In this document: positions 61,227-64,000 of the stretch, piece after piece
Numbering within the stretch: position 1 is the stretch's first letter
Layout: every line of letters starts with the position of its first letter
NCBI GenBank assembly: GCA_035302305.1
Contig: DATGSU010000126.1
Location: forward strand, 5,236-69,235
DNA length: 64,000 nt
DNA from: Wenzhouxiangella sp.
Lineage (GTDB): Bacteria; Pseudomonadota; Gammaproteobacteria; Xanthomonadales; Wenzhouxiangellaceae
Direction: 5' to 3'
The notes under the pieces: generated by a model
What the model saw: only the letters and a program-made list of their open reading frames with translations
Told to the model about the DNA's origin: nothing
Database searches by the model: none
Position numbers and translations under genes: made by a program

Positions 61227-63041
61227 ATGTCCATCCGTCAGCTGCCCGTCAACCTTGTCAACCAGATCGCCGCCGGCGAGGTCATTGAGCGGCCGGCATC
61301 CATTGTCAAGGAGCTTGTCGAAAACAGCCTTGATGCCGGCGCCCGGCGCATACGTATCGAGGTCGAGCGCGGCGGACAGCGCCGCATAGCCGTCTCCGAT
61401 GACGGCGCCGGCATTGTCCCGGAGCAGCTGCCGCTGGCGCTGAGCGCCCATGCCACCAGCAAAATTGAATCACTGGATGACCTTGAGGGCGTGGCCACGC
61501 TGGGTTTTCGCGGCGAGGCCCTGCCGTCCATTGCCTCGGTTTCGCGTCTGCGGCTGGCCTCGCGCAGGCCGGGTGCGGACAGCGGCCATGAAATTCATGC
61601 GGAAGGCGGCCGCGCCACAGACATACGGCCTGTCGGCATGCCAGAAGGCACGGTGGTCGAGGTGCGCGACCTGTTCTACAACACGCCGGCCCGGCGCAAG
61701 TTCATGCGCACGGAACGAACGGAGTTTGGTCACATTGATGAACTGGTCAAGCGGCTGGCCCTGGCGCGCATGGACGTGGCCTTTGAGCTGATTCACAATG
61801 GCCGCACGGTGCGCAACTTCACGCCGGCAGCCGATGTCGGCCAGCGCGCCCGGCGCGTGGCAGCGGTCTGCGGCGATGCATTCATGGAGCAGGCCATTGA
61901 AATGGACAACGCCCATGCCGGCCTGCGCCTGAGCGGGTGGATTGCGCGCCCGGGGTTTTCCCGCAGCCAGGCTGATCTGCAGTTTTTCTTTGTCAACGGG
62001 CGGCTGGTAAAAGACCGGCTGGTGGCTCATGCCGTTCGCCAGGCCTACAGGGACGTGCTCTACGGCGGGCGTCATCCGGCGTTTGTGCTGCTGCTCGAGC
62101 TTGATGCCAGCCGCGTTGATGTCAATGTGCACCCGCAAAAGCACGAGGTGCGCTTTCGGGATGGCCGGCTGGTGCATGACTTTCTGTTCCGGACCATTCA
62201 TCATGCGCTGGCGCAAACCCGGCCCGGCGGCGATGCCGCCACGGTCGCCGCTGCATCGCGGGCGTACTCCTTTGCCGGTGCCGGTACGGGTGGAGCTTCC
62301 GCGCCCGCTGCAGGTGCGCCGGCCACCAGTGCCGTCGGCATGCCAGGGCCGGGCAATCAGCCGGGCCTTGGGCTGGGCGTTGCGGATTCCATGTCGCGCT
62401 ATGCCAGGCTGGCAGTCGCTTCTGCCGCACGTCCGGAGGAAAAAGACGCAGAAGACATTCCGCCCATGGGGTTTGCGGTGGCGCAGATTCACGGCGTTTT
62501 TGTGCTGGCGGAGAATGCGCACGGTCTGGTGGTTGTTGACATGCACGCCGCGCACGAAAGAATTGTTTACGAGCAGCTCAAGCAGGCCTGGCGCGAAGAC
62601 CGGGTGCGCTCGCAAAAACTCCTGGTTCCAGAGCGTATTGCTGTTTCGGAGCGCGAGGGCAGGGCGCTTGAGCGCTACCTGGACAAGCTGCAAAAAATCG
62701 GTTTTGAGCTGGATCTGGCCGGGCCGGAATCGGTGGTCATTCGCGCCGTCCCCGCGCTTCTGGCGCGGGCCGCCAGCCAGGAACTGGTACGCGACATTCT
62801 TTCCGATCTGGTGGAAATGGGGCACAGCCGTCGTCCCGACACACTGCTTGACGAGCTTTTGTCGACCATCGCCTGCCATGGCTCGGTCAGGGCCAATCGG
62901 CGTCTCAATATTGATGAAATGAACGCCCTGCTGCGTGACATGGAGCGCACCGAGCGCGCCGACCAGTGCAATCACGGCCGACCCACCTGGGTGCAGCTTG
63001 ACATGAAGGCTCTGGACAGCCTTTTTCTGCGTGGCCAGTAG
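61227..63041 (+). CDS. mutL: DNA mismatch repair protein MutL
   Basis: NQIAAGEVIERP, GFRGEAL, endonuclease motif DMHAAHERIVYE, CNHGRP. Confidence 0.98.
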   Translation: MSIRQLPVNLVNQIAAGEVIERPASIVKELVENSLDAGARRIRIEVERGGQRRIAVSDDGAGIVPEQLPLALSAHATSKIESLDDLEGVATLGFRGEALPSIASVSRLRLASRRPGADSGHEIHAEGGRATDIRPVGMPEGTVVEVRDLFYNTPARRKFMRTERTEFGHIDELVKRLALARMDVAFELIHNGRTVRNFTPAADVGQRARRVAAVCGDAFMEQAIEMDNAHAGLRLSGWIARPGFSRSQADLQFFFVNGRLVKDRLVAHAVRQAYRDVLYGGRHPAFVLLLELDASRVDVNVHPQKHEVRFRDGRLVHDFLFRTIHHALAQTRPGGDAATVAAASRAYSFAGAGTGGASAPAAGAPATSAVGMPGPGNQPGLGLGVADSMSRYARLAVASAARPEEKDAEDIPPMGFAVAQIHGVFVLAENAHGLVVVDMHAAHERIVYEQLKQAWREDRVRSQKLLVPERIAVSEREGRALERYLDKLQKIGFELDLAGPESVVIRAVPALLARAASQELVRDILSDLVEMGHSRRPDTLLDELLSTIACHGSVRANRRLNIDEMNALLRDMERTERADQCNHGRPTWVQLDMKALDSLFLRGQ

Positions 63042-63981
63042 CCGGGGCGGACTGCTGCCCCCCGCAGTGTTCCTTATGGGTCCAACGGCGGCCGGCAAGA
63101 CAGAGGCCGCGCTGGCGCTGTGCCGGCGCTTTCCGGTCGGGCTCATCAGCGTTGACTCGGCCCAGGTTTATCGCCACTTGAATATTGGTGCCGCCAAGCC
63201 CGACAGACAAACCCTGAAGCGCTTTCCGCACGCTCTGATCAACGTGCGCGACCCGGAGGACAGCTATTCGGTGGCGGATTTTGTCGCCGATGCCGAAAGT
63301 GAAATCAGGCGGATGCATGAAAGAGACCTGTGGCCGGTGCTGGCGGGCGGCAGCATGCTGTATTTCCGCGCTCTTTTGTATGGTCTGGACAAGATGCCCA
63401 CCGCTGATCAGGCATTGCGGCGCGAAATTGCCGCTGAGGCTGAACAGAAGGGATGGCCGGCGCTGCACGCGCGGCTGGCCCGCCATGACCCTGCGGCGGC
63501 AGCCGGCATGGCCGTTCACGATGCCCAGCGTATTCAAAGAGGGCTGGAAGTGCTGGCGCTGACTGGCAGGGGGCCAAGCGCCCACCGCAGCCACAACCGC
63601 CTGCCGCGTCTGCCGGCGCTGCGACTTGTGCTGACGCCGTCCAGCCGCCATATATTGCATGAGCGCATTGCAGGGCGCTTTGATCAAATGCTCGAGCAGG
63701 GTTTGGTCGATGAGGTCAGAAAGCTGCGCGCGCGCCCGCTTTTGAGTTCGCAGCATGCTTCGATGAGAAGCGTGGGTTATCGTCAGGTATGGGCCTGGCT
63801 TGAAGGTCACGCGACTCTGGAAGAATGTCGCGCCAAAGTGCTGGCCGCCACCCGGCAACTGGCCAAGCGGCAGCTGACCGCACTGCGCCGCCTGCACGGG
63901 GCCTTTTGGCATGATTCACAGCGGCCCTGTACTGCTGATATGATTTTCAGGCAGGTGGAAGGTTTTTTTGCCAACCGATAG
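63031..63981 (+). CDS. miaA: tRNA dimethylallyltransferase
   Basis: GPTAAGKT, DSAQVYR, SVGYRQ, TRQLAKRQ; follows mutL. Confidence 0.96.
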   Translation: MASSRGGLLPPAVFLMGPTAAGKTEAALALCRRFPVGLISVDSAQVYRHLNIGAAKPDRQTLKRFPHALINVRDPEDSYSVADFVADAESEIRRMHERDLWPVLAGGSMLYFRALLYGLDKMPTADQALRREIAAEAEQKGWPALHARLARHDPAAAAGMAVHDAQRIQRGLEVLALTGRGPSAHRSHNRLPRLPALRLVLTPSSRHILHERIAGRFDQMLEQGLVDEVRKLRARPLLSSQHASMRSVGYRQVWAWLEGHATLEECRAKVLAATRQLAKRQLTALRRLHGAFWHDSQRPCTADMIFRQVEGFFANR

Positions 63982-64000
63982 ACTGGGGGTCCGGATCCCG

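Noticed and set aside
1-64000. CRISPR arrays, tRNA/rRNA genes, transposases, integrases, prophage or defence islands
   Set aside because: No regularly spaced repeats, cloverleaf or rRNA signatures, or mobile-element proteins seen; nearly all sequence is explained by core genes

Overview
GC-rich gammaproteobacterial core-chromosome segment. Gene content and order suggest a Xanthomonadales/Wenzhouxiangella-like lineage (inference). It contains: the spc and alpha ribosomal operons (rplN-rplQ, including rpmJ, which the ORF track missed); an MsbA-related ABC exporter with SYLF/Ysc84 and DUF885 lipoproteins; a phosphomannomutase; glyA-nrdR-ribD-ribE-ribB(X)-ribH-nusB-thiL-pgpA; yraN-lpoA; an S9 peptidase; rpoH; an accessory M64 metallopeptidase; ALDH7-pyrD-murB; rpoE-rseABC-degP-lepA-lepB-DUF4845-rnc-era-recO-pdxJ; a stand-alone REC-Hpt protein; a YdbH-like protein; ccsA-like; ffh-rpsP-rimM-trmD-rplS; an M23-bactofilin pair; htpG-hslR; slyD; aidB divergent from nsrR-DUF488; and amiC/B-mutL-miaA. 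I saw no rRNA, tRNA, CRISPR array, integrase or transposase, and no unmistakably novel multi-gene system. The best leads are (i) a possible C-terminal D-x-[VI]-F-x-D-x-F-[EQ] sorting tag on the M64 protease, (ii) a kinase-less BarA/GacS-like REC-Hpt, (iii) an aidB/NsrR/DUF488 module with a 24-bp palindromic operator over the aidB -10, and (iv) a Csd1/CcmA-type cell-shape pair. All family assignments come from reading motifs by eye; no searches were run. Start codons were adjusted manually where the ORF track over-extends.
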